Assembly: GCF_964194025.1 (NCBI RefSeq)
Contig: NC_134474.1
Coordinates: 16,802,001 to 16,866,000 of the forward strand
Direction: 5' to 3'
Origin: Convolutriloba macropyga
Taxonomy: Eukaryota
DNA length: 64,000 nucleotides
Both the position numbers and the translations under genes were made by a program. The notes under the pieces were generated by a model. That model saw only the letters and a list, made by a program, of their open reading frames with translations. It did no database searches and was not told the DNA's origin. Of this stretch, positions 53,401 to 64,000 are shown piece after piece (position 1 is the first letter of the stretch; every line of letters begins with the position of its first letter).

Positions 53401-56400
53401 CTTGCAGTCGCTGAGTGAAAGGAAAAAAAAGCAGAGTCAGTGGGAAACATTTCCATTTACGTGAAATCAGACTTGAAGAAGCGTCAATGTTGGGATTCCG
53501 AAAAAAGAGGACTGGTTAGCTGCCATCTTTGTATATTGAAAGATCCGCACAGAGAACTAAAAACTATTCACTAACGAGAATGTTTTCTTAAAAAGGAAAA
53601 TTTTACCCAATTTCTTTGAAAACATTCTCCGCTTAAGTGCGCTAAGAGTGATTACTCACCCCCTATCAATTAATTAAGAATAACGTCACGGAAAAACTTA
53701 GAGGTGCAAAACACACTTAATTTAATCAATTGCAACAATCAACAAAATATGAGCGAATTTGACTGTTTGTCTTCAATTCTCCAAGCGATATTCAAAATTG
53801 GAATTAAAATTTCAGTCGACAGAACTAACAAAAACATCTTCTCAGTCAGAAAAGAAAAAGCTTCATCACAATTGATAGTTGCTGGCCGAAATCATAGAGC
53901 CTTCACAACCAGACTCAACAGGATTGAAAATCAATGTTTTCTGAGAACGATGAAAAATCAACCTGGGAGGTATCATTAATATGCATTTGCAAAAAACACT
54001 TCAATAACAAGGACTACTTGATGAAAAACTTGACAAAAGGCGTGGGCTCATATTATTGACATGCCAAATAAATGCATTTTAAAAAAAGGCGTTTCTGTAG
54101 AATCATGAGAGTGAACAACAATTGGGCACACTTAAACCAGGTTCAAACTTTTGAAACGGAGAAACATTCCTCAAAGCTGAAGACATTTCCATTTCATTAA
54201 AAGCTTATCTCGCGATTCCGTCGTTAAAAAAGCGATTCCGATCGTGCTAATCTACCAAATTTGTTCGTTGAGAGATCAGCACTGAGTACCGATATCTATT
54301 GGTTAATGACACTTTTTCCTCAAAAACACAATCATAAACTGATTTCTCTGCAAAAATTCTCGGCCTAAGCGCGCAAAAGGTGACAACTCGCCCTGCATAA
54401 TTTAATCACGAAAATAAAAAGTCCCGGAACAATTTGAGGAGCAGAGAACACTAACTCGATTGATTGCAAAAATTAGCAAAACAAATACGAGCGAGTTCGA
54501 TTTCTCATCTGTTAAATTCTCAAAGCAAAAAATATAAATTGGATTTTTATTTTGAGTCCTGAGAACTAAAGAAACCACCAACTGTCAAAAGTTCTCAAAA
54601 AACAACGCATCACTTGTGATAGTTACTGGCCAAAATGAAGGAGCTTTTGAAATTTATTCAACCTAAATACACAAAAATGCGCAATTAAATGGTTCTTTGC
54701 AGATTTTTGAGAGGAAACAATCGGGCACGCCTAAAAAATGAAAAGAGCCGTGAGAAGAAAACGTGACATTTACCATTCAAGCAATTTCAATCTTCGGCCG
54801 ACATCCCCCTTTCTTTAGAATATTATTTGACATCTTTATTTATATAACAAGCCAGACTTACAGCCGTTTAGCAGATTTTTCGGATGAAAAGACACATCTT
54901 CAAGTTGTCTGTGGGAAACGGAAGCATCATTCACAGACAGGCAGTGAAATTTCTATTAATAGTAACCCAGACTTCGAAACGAGTTAATATTTTTTTCTCC
55001 GCTGAAAAGCTTTCGCTAAGAATCTATCTTTGTTCGTTGATAGTTCAGCACAGAAGACTGGTATCTATCCTAAAATGAAAGAATTTTTAACATAAATTTG
55101 CAAAGTTTTCTCCGCCTAAAAATTCACCTGACTGCATTAAAAGTGATTACCTGTCCTATGTTTATTATTTGCGAACAAATTGAAATTATAAAATTAGGGG
55201 AACATAGAACACTAACTTGCTTAATTCTAACACCTAAAAAATAAGGAAGTGGGACTTTCCGTCTATTTAATTCTCCAAGCGACATAGCATCAAATTTTGG
55301 TTCAAAACTTTCCTGTCTTAAAAGAATAAGGAAAACGTCGACTCATTAACAAAGCAGTAAAAAAATCTTTGACAAAGACTGGCCAAGAAGCAAGAGCTTA
55401 CAACCAAAGATTTTTTGAGAAGAGTTATTAATCGGCTGTGAAAGTGACATATAAGGCATTTGCATCGGAGCAGCAGAACATCAAAATCAATTTCTCCGCA
55501 GTACAAAATGGAGAAAATGCGGGCTTCAGTGTTTATTTTATCAGAAGATAAAATAGATGGAACTGATGAAAAGTTTATTTTGTTAAGAATTACTAAAATA
55601 AACAACAAGACAAATCTTCAAATTGTTTGAGGGAAACAAAAGCAACAATCAGAGACAGGTACAGATATTTCCATTAATATGATTGTAGACTTAATAATTA
55701 CCTCCGTACAAAAACTTTTACTGCTGATTTACTCTTTATTCGTTGATAGTTTAGAACAGAAAACTAATTACTATTGTTTGGAGAGACTGTTTCTTCGACA
55801 ACGCCAAAACTAATTGAGTTGCCAAAAAAAACCACTAAGTTCGAGCGAACTGTACGAATGTATAAATAAAAGTTTGTCTCTAGATAATTATTTCTATATA
55901 TTACTATAATTTCTTTATCATTGGCAATAGACAAAATACATGCACAATATTATGCAGTCATGGCTGACATCTTTATTGAAGTGAACATAAAATTGACAAC
56001 TTCGGACACGCACGATCGATCTTTGATGATAAAAAATCCTGTTTTATATTTTTGTAAAAAAAATGACTTGGAAACAATTCTTACCGTGTTACTTCTGTAG
56101 ATAGCATCTCATGGGGCAAGAATTATTATTCTTAATTATCATGGGTCAAGAATTATTATTAACATGAGCTATGCATTTTTCGATAGCGCTATATGTTTAC
56201 TGTATAAGAAAATCGATTTTCAATAGAAAGCCAGATACCGATATGTGAGGCAATGTGATTTGGATCCACATCTTGACCTACTTTTAGATTAAAAACCTAC
56301 ACAATGGAAGCCTTAACCAAAACAATTGTTCCAGAACATTTTTTAATGAGTTTGCAATTGTTTGTGTCAAACTGAAGCAGATTACAGAGACAGGTACAGA

Positions 56401-57000
56401 TATTTCCACTGCTTTGAATTTATACGTCAAAATATCTCAATCGTTCGCTTCAGCTGATAAGGCTTTGATAAGGCTTTGATCAGCACTGATTATTTAAAAT
56501 TTTCTGATAGTTCAGCCGAATCTATTGTTTAATGAAGCTGTTTACAAAAAGAACTGAAGAACGATTTTAAGATAATGGATTCGAATAATGGTCACCACCT
56601 AAGCAGCTTCAAGTGTAAACCAAACTGCTTATTTGTGATTAAAACATTTTGGAAAAAAGTAAATAAAATTAACTTCCCATTTGCAAAGCTCTACAAAATA
56701 TGTATATCGGCGAGTCGGACTTTTTGTAAGTCCGACTCGTCGATATACATATTTTGTAGAGCTTTGTGATTCATTCTGTAAGTTCAGTCACGAACGCCAA
56801 CTCAGTCATAGAAGCAAGCTTGAAATTTTATTATATTAGACAGTGACGACTAAAATAACAAGATTTCACAATCAAATTTAACAAAGTTGAAAATCAAAAT
56901 ATTGAGATCCAAAACGAGATTGAAATTGACAATTGAGATCCAAAATAGGATGAAAAACGAAACAAGCTTCAATCATTGAGATTCAAAACCAGATGACATT
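47400..57000. repeat. Old degenerate co-oriented macrosatellite-like array with internal block duplications
   Basis: ~47400-48660 is duplicated at ~51820-53090, and ~48680-48920 at ~53625-53870. Motifs TGACCTTGGAGGTG, TGTGGGCTTCA, GGTTAATGAGAC, TTCTCCGCCTAA and AAGTTGAAAATCAA recur in broadly conserved order and are shared with 38.6-47.4 kb. Confidence 0.8.
56684..56766. repeat. Near-perfect inverted repeat (39-bp arms, 5-nt loop)
   Basis: CAAAGCTCTACAAAATATGTATATCGGCGAGTCGGACTT-TTTGT-AAGTCCGACTCGTCGATATACATATTTTGTAGAGCTTTG, with one G:T mismatch. Confidence 0.97.
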
Positions 57001-58491
57001 GACAAAAAACTGATACTTTTTGACACATTTATCAAGCTAGCTCTACCTTCATATCCACCAAAATGCACTCAAGAGTCCGAACCAGTAATGAGTACAAATA
57101 GGAATACACAAAAACTTTCATAAGAAAGTGTAATGCTTTCCAATAAAATTACATCAATCAACTAGATTATTATATAGAGAGCACACCAGGGTGAATTGCA
57201 AAAATTGTTTCAAGAAGATGACCATAAATTTGCTAATAGAAAGTATTTCTCAGAACAATAAGAGTTACCGATTTTTGAAAAGATACTAAAAGAAGATTGT
57301 AGAAGAAAGAAAACTAATTCAAGAGACAAATTCAGAAAGTTTCTAAAATCTTGGACTGCAGACAAACAAGATTGAAATATACACAGCCATTAAAAAAGTT
57401 CGAGACAAAGGGCAGTTTAATCTTTACAGTCTGTGCTAACTTTTTGTACCTAAGTAACTTCACTTCACTCTTAATTCTTTCCTTATGCTGTATTTATATT
57501 TACTATCCATCAAAATGAAAACAAGGGAAATCGTGCTAAAGAACAAGCAAAAACTACATTCCAAGTCCGAATCCGTCGTTTATCTTGCAAATAACGCTGC
57601 AAATCTTGCTAATTTCTGGCCAAATGAGAGATTCGACGCTTATCTTGTACCAGATTCGAAGGATTTTGAACGATGCACATCAAAAAATTTAGTTGAAGAT
57701 GCAAATTTAAGTTGATTTATTTCGTGCACAGTTCTAATGAGTTGAGTCGCTGATGTTCATGTGTAGCTGATATCAAATTTAAGATGATGGGTAATCTTAC
57801 AAGACTTTGGAATAAAGCCGGCGGTAATAGTCTAGATTACCAGATCAAAAGGAGAAATAATTAACATGACGAATGATGTTTCCAGAAATGAAAAGAAATT
57901 CAGAGAGTTTCGCTGAATTTTTTCAATTTTCAGATAAAAGAAAAATTATGGGAAACGAAACAAATGTTACAGAGTAGAGCCACAGACTAGAGTATTAGGG
58001 CCAGAATCGTGCTAGTAAGTCCTCTAATTTTTCTCGCATTAATACAATCGAGCACGAAATTGTTCAAAGGTTATCGTTTTTCAAACCCATGGATGAAAAA
58101 GCGATTTTTTTCTCAATTGAGGAAAACAATTGTTACAGATCAGCAAAAAAAAAACAAACAAAAAATCTAATTAACTACCAATAGCAACGTCTACCTTAAT
58201 TTTTAATATTCAAAGCTCAGAGAGATCGGCAATCCAACTCATTACAAAACTTTTGATGTTCAATTTTTCGATATATTTCCAAAATGAAAAGTAAGTTTTC
58301 GTTAGGCAAGGCAATCACTTTTATAGATAAGTTAAATTGAGCAGTTTTTCTATTGTCTGAACAGCTACGCGATCTGATAACCTCGCTATTAAAGAATTGA
58401 GTGCCACCGATTCTAAGGTAAACAGTGCAAAAGTTTACCGTTTTTTAAATGTTCATAGACACATTTATCAATTTTTTTCTCTTAAACCAAA

Positions 58492-59128
58492 CATAACCGA
58501 CTAAACGTCCGAAGAATTGCTCTCGGACGACTAGTGGGAGCTCTAATCAATTGCAGCCCGCTTCAGTTGGGGGAGTCTAAATGGGACTGAAAAGTTCAAT
58601 AGTGAGCTTCAAATAACCATATTAGGGGTTAACATATACCACTGTGCGGATTTAAAGTGAAAAATGGCACCAGTTTCGGCGCACTTTTCATTTGACTCTT
58701 TTAGTATTAAATTGCCACCAGTTGAGTTCAGCTGCTTGAAATTGTGATTAAGAGAAATTTTTAGATCACGCGAAACGCAAAAAGTCAAGGGCGTAAGTCA
58801 CTCGAAAAGTCAAAACGGTCAAGCGAAAATTTTGCATAAAAAAGACAACCATGTTTACAATAATTGTTATGAACTTCGTTCAAGAGTAATTTAAAAAGCG
58901 TTTTCATCCTGTATTCATTATCGTACAACTTGATAGGCTCACAAATTAAAACATAGTTCACCAACACCGAACGAATTAATCTCAAACGCCCTTGCGTTAG
59001 GATCAATTCAAATCTAGTTCAGAAGGCGGCGTAAAAGTCACTCACAAAGGCACGGGTTAAGCGTAAATTTTGCATTAAAAGACCACCACGTGTACAATAA
59101 TTGCTTCAAACTTCGTTCGAGAGCAATT
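58492..59128 (-). mobile_element. HINE-like element, family D, with a tandemly duplicated terminal ~240 bp
   Basis: Head CATAA-CCGACTAAACGTCCG-AAGAATTGCTCTCGG and end AATTGCTTCAAACTTCGTTCGAGAGCAATT. An earlier copy of the end lies at ~58790-58892. Confidence 0.6.
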
Positions 59129-60883
59129 AAACATCCACATCATTTAACGACACATTCTATAAAAACTTCTTGAATTGTAAATAAGGATATAACAAGATTT
59201 CATTTCACATTTTCAGCGGATCATTTTGGATCCACCTATAAGTTTCTTTTAACAGAATGCAACTAGCTGTCCATTGAATTGACAATAGCTGTCCATTGCA
59301 TTGAAAGACACCTTATTGCTCCTAACGTTATTGCTTTTTCAGATGATGAACTGCTGAGATACATTGCAATTTCAGCTGGATTCTTCCCTTTACCTTATTT
59401 TTATTATAATGGCACAAGGAAATGATTTTCGTTTCAAAGACAGGTCATGAAATCAATAGCTTCCGATTAATTAGCGTTAACGAACTAAAATTCATCTTAC
59501 CTGGTAGCAGAACGTGTTTTGTCACGATGAACCAAATTGACCCTTCATTCACCATTGTGATAGGATTATTTCATGCTGACTTAAACGTTATTTTTTGCTG
59601 AATAAATACACCACCAACTACCAAACAGAAGAAACAAAAACCGTTGTTCTTCAATATGAATCACAATGACCCAAACGAGTTTCGAACTGTCAAAAATTAT
59701 GTAGGTCATTTTTTACTGAAACTTCGGCAGCCTAACCTTTCTATCTCGAATTCTGATAGAAGAAAGAAACACATTTCGACATTGATCAAAGATTTTTGCA
59801 TCACGCAACAGGTCAGGCAACATTTTGATACAAAGTTAATTCCCATTATTTTCACTGACCCGTTCCAAAAACATCCCAATTCAAGATAACTTGACTATTT
59901 ATATCAAATTCTGCTATTCTCGATTAAAATCAAAGTCTGCAATTAAGTATCTCGAAAACTCTTAAATTGACCTGAAATACAATTTTATAAACGTTTCCTA
60001 AAAGAACCCATGAAACACATCACGAAATAAATCAAGTTGAACCCAATTGAGGACTTACATAGGTTTCTTCGCACCCACAATCCATTTACAGCAAACGAGG
60101 ATTGATTAATTCAAGAGTGGAACTTTGAATCAGTACAAGTGACCCTATTTTTTTAACCTAAGAAACCATGTTAGAAAATCCATTAACCATTAATTAGAAC
60201 AGTATCATTTTGGTCTACTTCCTTGTAGAACTAACTCCATGAGATTCATAACGCACCACTTAATGACACACGAGAAAAGAATTGACATGCTGAAAAGGTT
60301 AAATTACAACAAAAGAGGAAATTCAAACACGAACAGTCGAAGAGTAATGAGTTATTTCGAGTCAGCTAGCAAGAGAAAAAGGCCTGAAACTATACTTTGT
60401 TAGCAGTTCAGAATAGTTTTCAAATAGTTAACGGAAACTTAGCTGAAGCTTTCCACCATTTAAGGGACACCAATCGTATCAAAAGACTACATTGCAGTGA
60501 GATAGCGAAACTTTAAAAATCGTTTAAATGCTGACTTTACTCTAAAACACAAACAATTCCTATATTTGAGCGATATATTTGAACAACAAAATGAAGCACA
60601 AAACATGAAGGAACAAAATTCGGTTGAGTTTTTTGTGGACAGCGAATGAAATGAAATCCCAATAATGAAGCGATGTCAGAGTTGTTTAGGACACCATTAA
60701 TTGAGCAACTATAAAAAGTTAATCCATCAAAGCCAATCAAGAATCGAACGTAATCAATAAACTGTTCCATCAATTTAGAGAACACATTTGGGACACGAGC
60801 TGTTATGTAAATAAAACAATAAAAAATATCGACTGTAAGTCCCCGAAACGAAAAGAAGTTATTGTCATAACTTGGAAACCAAT

Positions 60884-62575
60884 TTACAGGCCGCTGCTGT
60901 CAAAACGAACTTCGATTTCTCTCCCATCAATAACTTTTCCATTCATCCTCATTATTGCATTTTCAGCTTCTTGTGGAAGCGAGAACCTTACAATTCCACA
61001 TCCTTTAGACTTCCCGTTCTCCATCTTAATCTCGGCATACAACACTTTTCCGAATTCCGAGAAACGATCTTTCAACATTTGCCAGTTCACCTGGAACGGC
61101 AAGTTGCGAATGAATATTTGACAACTTCCTCCACTGCTGCCAGTTCGAGCGGCAGCGCCTGCACGACCAAAACCTGGAGCCAAGGCAGGATTTGCCTGAT
61201 CACCGGCACTGCCTCCCGACAACATGTCACGACCAAATGAGCTACTACTTTGCAAAGAACTTGCACCACCGAAAGTGCTAGTCATAGACGAAAGACCACC
61301 CGACATAGAACTACCAGAACTTCCGATTTGAGATCTTATCATTTCCAATTGCTTCATCAACTTCATTTCCTCCTGACGAAGATCGCCTCCTCTTGGATCT
61401 GGCCGTTCCATTTGGGGAATGGGAGGCGGCAGAGATGAACGAAACGAATCAAGGGGAGGTTCAAGCGAACGAGATGGAGGGAATGGTCGGCCAAATTCAC
61501 CACCCAAACCCCCTCCAACACCCGGAAACGAAGGCCTATCAGAACCCATAGACTGCATCAAAATCTTTTCCCTTTCTCTTTGCAATGCAAGACGCTCGAG
61601 CTCTAACTCTCGCGAGATCAAGGATGTCGAACCAAGACCACCAAGAGGAGGAACACCAACTCCTCCGAGAGAAGGACCGTAACCAAAAGGCCGAGCAGGC
61701 ATCATTTCCTGGTGAGGAGGATTGCGAGGTCCAAAGTCTGCCATTAGCTCAGGAATTGAGACCTTATTTTTGGACATTTGGTCAATTTTAACGGTCATGC
61801 GACGATCACGGACGGTCTGACCATGGAATTTAGCCACTGCTTCCAGAGCATCTAGAGGTGATTTGAACTGGATTGTTCCGTATCCTTTGGTTTTTCCATC
61901 AGTTCCATCGACCATTTTGACATTCAACACATTGCCAGCCATTTTAAAAATATCTTTTAAATCTTGCCACTTCATGGCGTAGTCCACGTTAGCCACAAAG
62001 ACAGTGTCGGACAACTGGCCCGAATTAACAGCTTCTATGACATTTTCATTGACACCAAGACTTTTCAGAACGCTCGGATCAGAATTCATGATGGTATGGA
62101 CCATCTCCAAAATTCGACTATTGGTATCTTCGCCGGACCGTCCGCCGAGCCGATCTCCTAAATCAGAGCTTCTACCACCACCACTGCCACCACTTCCACG
62201 TTGTTTATCATCCTTACGGTCCTCCATTCGTTGTCGTTTCCTCTTTTCTTCCTCAGTAAACATCTTGACAACCAATTGTCTACCGTTGACATCATGCCTA
62301 TTGAGCTCATCAACAGCTTTCTTAGCCTGTTCGGGAGATGGAAATACAGCCACTCCTGCGCCTTTGTGTCGGCCGCCATCGTCCTGCCAAATCTTCACAT
62401 GTCCTACTTCACCAACTTTGTCTCGGATTAAATCCTTTAGTTTTTGCCAATGGAATTCGTACGGAATATTAGACACGACTACTTCGCAACACCTGTCACC
62501 ATCGCCAAAACCCGATCTTCGAGGAGGAGAATCCAATTTGCGCTTTCGATCATTAATATCTGATTCGCTGTCCAT
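60884..62575 (-). CDS. HNRNPM: hnRNP M / myelin expression factor 2-like protein with three RRMs (563 aa from MDSESD)
   Basis: RRM1 NIPYEFHWQKLKDLIRDKVGEV, RRM2 TVFVANVDYAMKWQDLKDIFKMAG and RRM3 CQIFIRNLPFQVNWQMLKDRF...EIKMENGKSKGCGIVRF match the HNRNPM/MYEF2 family. AAAAATG start 20 nt after a TTTTTCAG acceptor. The symbol denotes the family; the two vertebrate paralogs cannot be distinguished. Confidence 0.93.
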   Translation of the reverse strand: MDSESDINDRKRKLDSPPRRSGFGDGDRCCEVVVSNIPYEFHWQKLKDLIRDKVGEVGHVKIWQDDGGRHKGAGVAVFPSPEQAKKAVDELNRHDVNGRQLVVKMFTEEEKRKRQRMEDRKDDKQRGSGGSGGGRSSDLGDRLGGRSGEDTNSRILEMVHTIMNSDPSVLKSLGVNENVIEAVNSGQLSDTVFVANVDYAMKWQDLKDIFKMAGNVLNVKMVDGTDGKTKGYGTIQFKSPLDALEAVAKFHGQTVRDRRMTVKIDQMSKNKVSIPELMADFGPRNPPHQEMMPARPFGYGPSLGGVGVPPLGGLGSTSLISRELELERLALQREREKILMQSMGSDRPSFPGVGGGLGGEFGRPFPPSRSLEPPLDSFRSSLPPPIPQMERPDPRGGDLRQEEMKLMKQLEMIRSQIGSSGSSMSGGLSSMTSTFGGASSLQSSSSFGRDMLSGGSAGDQANPALAPGFGRAGAAARTGSSGGSCQIFIRNLPFQVNWQMLKDRFSEFGKVLYAEIKMENGKSKGCGIVRFSLPQEAENAIMRMNGKVIDGREIEVRFDSSGL

Positions 62576-62919
62576 TTTTGGTTTTGCAAACAGAACTGAA
62601 AAAGACAACCATTTAAAAGCACACACCAAAAATCTGTACCGTGCACGACTTAACCCCATGATAAAATTCGCAGTAACCAGACAAAATTGGTTTTAAAAAA
62701 GTAAATCAAAAGAAAGCCCCTCTCCTGAAAGGGTAGTCAGTGAACCTGTGAGCGGCGACTGAACTCCTAGTTGTTAGTAAAAATAAATTCATCATCTTTT
62801 AAGAAAATACAAGGGAAAATGGGGATATGATCCACCCAATGGATAGAACAGTGAGCCCCCGCTATAGAAACTCACAAAAGCCAATTTAAAATTACCAAAC
62901 ACATTGTATTTTAAGGGCG

Positions 62920-64000
62920 TCTAGCCTCCACTCCCGCACAACAACAAAATAAGTATTATCAATCTCAATTACGCGTTTAGTACCACGCCGGACTCTGAGA
63001 GATAATTGCGCGTAGGAGTCTGAAACGTCTCTTCCTCAGAATATGTTATTGCCAGCAAGAATGTGTCGTCTTTTTTAGATATTTATTGCTAGTTGCTTTA
63101 CAGGGCATCTTGCAGAGGGTCGTGCGCATCCCATGAAGGAAAACACGAGCGGAAAATTACTTCCGCCGTTTCCAAAATTTACTGCTGATATTTTAATTTT
63201 ATTTTGATTTTTAATTGCCCCGTGATATTTGTAGGCTTCCTTGTCTTCTAATGGGATTCTTTTGGCCAACTTAAAATTTCTCACGTCGAAGAAAGTTTTG
63301 CTGAATCTGGACCCCCAGAAAAAGTTTGCTGTTATGTCAAATCGGGGGTTGTCATCAGTGCTAGTAGATTTGATGTAAAAGCTATCGCCCTCTCGCAACT
63401 GAAGTGATTGCTCATCTTCGACGATATGGCACACGTCATTAATCTCCTTCACGGAATGTAGCGTTTGTCTTCAGGTAACATGCGGAGAACATCATTTTTG
63501 CCAGCTTCCATTCTCATAAAACGGCCGTGCGTCCATCGGTGACAAGAAAGTAGAAAAACGACGCCCAAAATTTTTTTTATTAGATTTTTTCCTTAAACAA
63601 AATGTTCTGAGAAATAGTTGTTCTACCAAGAAGGCAAGTTTTGCCAAGCACCTTTTCGTGAACAGTATTTGATGTTTTTCCATTTTTTCTTAAGCAGATT
63701 GTAAAGTTTTGGGGTTGCCAGAAAAATGCCTCAAAAACAAGGCAGCCATCAAAAACATCGACAGCAGTTCCTCTGGAAATCTCATAAGCTTTGTTCGCAT
63801 TCTCCTTTACAATCCATTGATGTTTCCGAGCATTTACTAGATACCCAAAATGCTAAACATGATCGTATGAATCAGTGAAAACTTCATCTAGATCATACAG
63901 CACTGCCATCCTCGGCGTAACTTTTTGCGTTACATTCGATATGCACATGAGGTCAATCAGAGCCAGTATGGCTATACCATATATCGCCAAGGCATAAAGA
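62920..64000 (-). mobile_element. Decayed CRE-type non-LTR retrotransposon (RT remnant plus restriction-like endonuclease)
   Basis: LAIYGIAILALID..VTQK/YAEDGSA (degenerate YADD), then HFGYLVNARK, then the endonuclease-like segment STSTDDNPRFDITANFFWGSRFSKTFFDVR..AYKYH..FPLVFS. Frameshifts, stops and an apparent internal deletion. Runs off the window edge. Confidence 0.8.

Noticed and set aside
57485-57715. 76-aa + strand ORF in unique sequence
   Set aside because: No recognisable domain or splice support, so it cannot be distinguished from chance.
62576-62659. 28-aa N-terminal extension of the 591-aa ORF
   Set aside because: It spans a polypyrimidine/TTTCAG acceptor, and the downstream ATG has a strong AAAAATG context.
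60872-62696. Several + strand ORFs up to 230 aa
   Set aside because: Antisense shadows of the GC-richer hnRNP M CDS. The same applies to + strand ORFs over MED6 and the F-box gene.

Overview
AT-rich eukaryotic (metazoan-type) genomic DNA, mostly repeats, with a marked excess of A-tracts on the + strand. Four host genes are recognisable, all on the minus strand: an F-box protein (12826-13368, possible small second exon), MED6 (2 exons, 247 aa), HPDL (2 coding exons around a 3.28-kb intron that holds a decayed LINE; the ORF track misses exon 1) and an hnRNP M/MYEF2-like 3-RRM protein with an uninterrupted CDS. A decayed CRE-type retrotransposon lies at the right edge. The most notable structure is in 1-36 kb, with one more copy near 58.5 kb. 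At least four families of non-autonomous Helentron/DINE-1-like (HINE) elements share one end architecture: CATAG + GC hairpin + subTIR at one end, subTIR/palindrome at the other. Almost all are co-oriented, and they repeatedly insert into the subterminal A-tract of one another, giving Russian-doll nests and stacked termini. An empty-site paralog is present in the window. 36.7-57 kb is a layered macrosatellite-like array (~0.62, ~0.95 and ~1.45 kb periods), interrupted by an insert with tRNA-like boxes and carrying a near-perfect 39-bp-stem hairpin near its right end. All alignments were made by eye and repeat boundaries are approximate.
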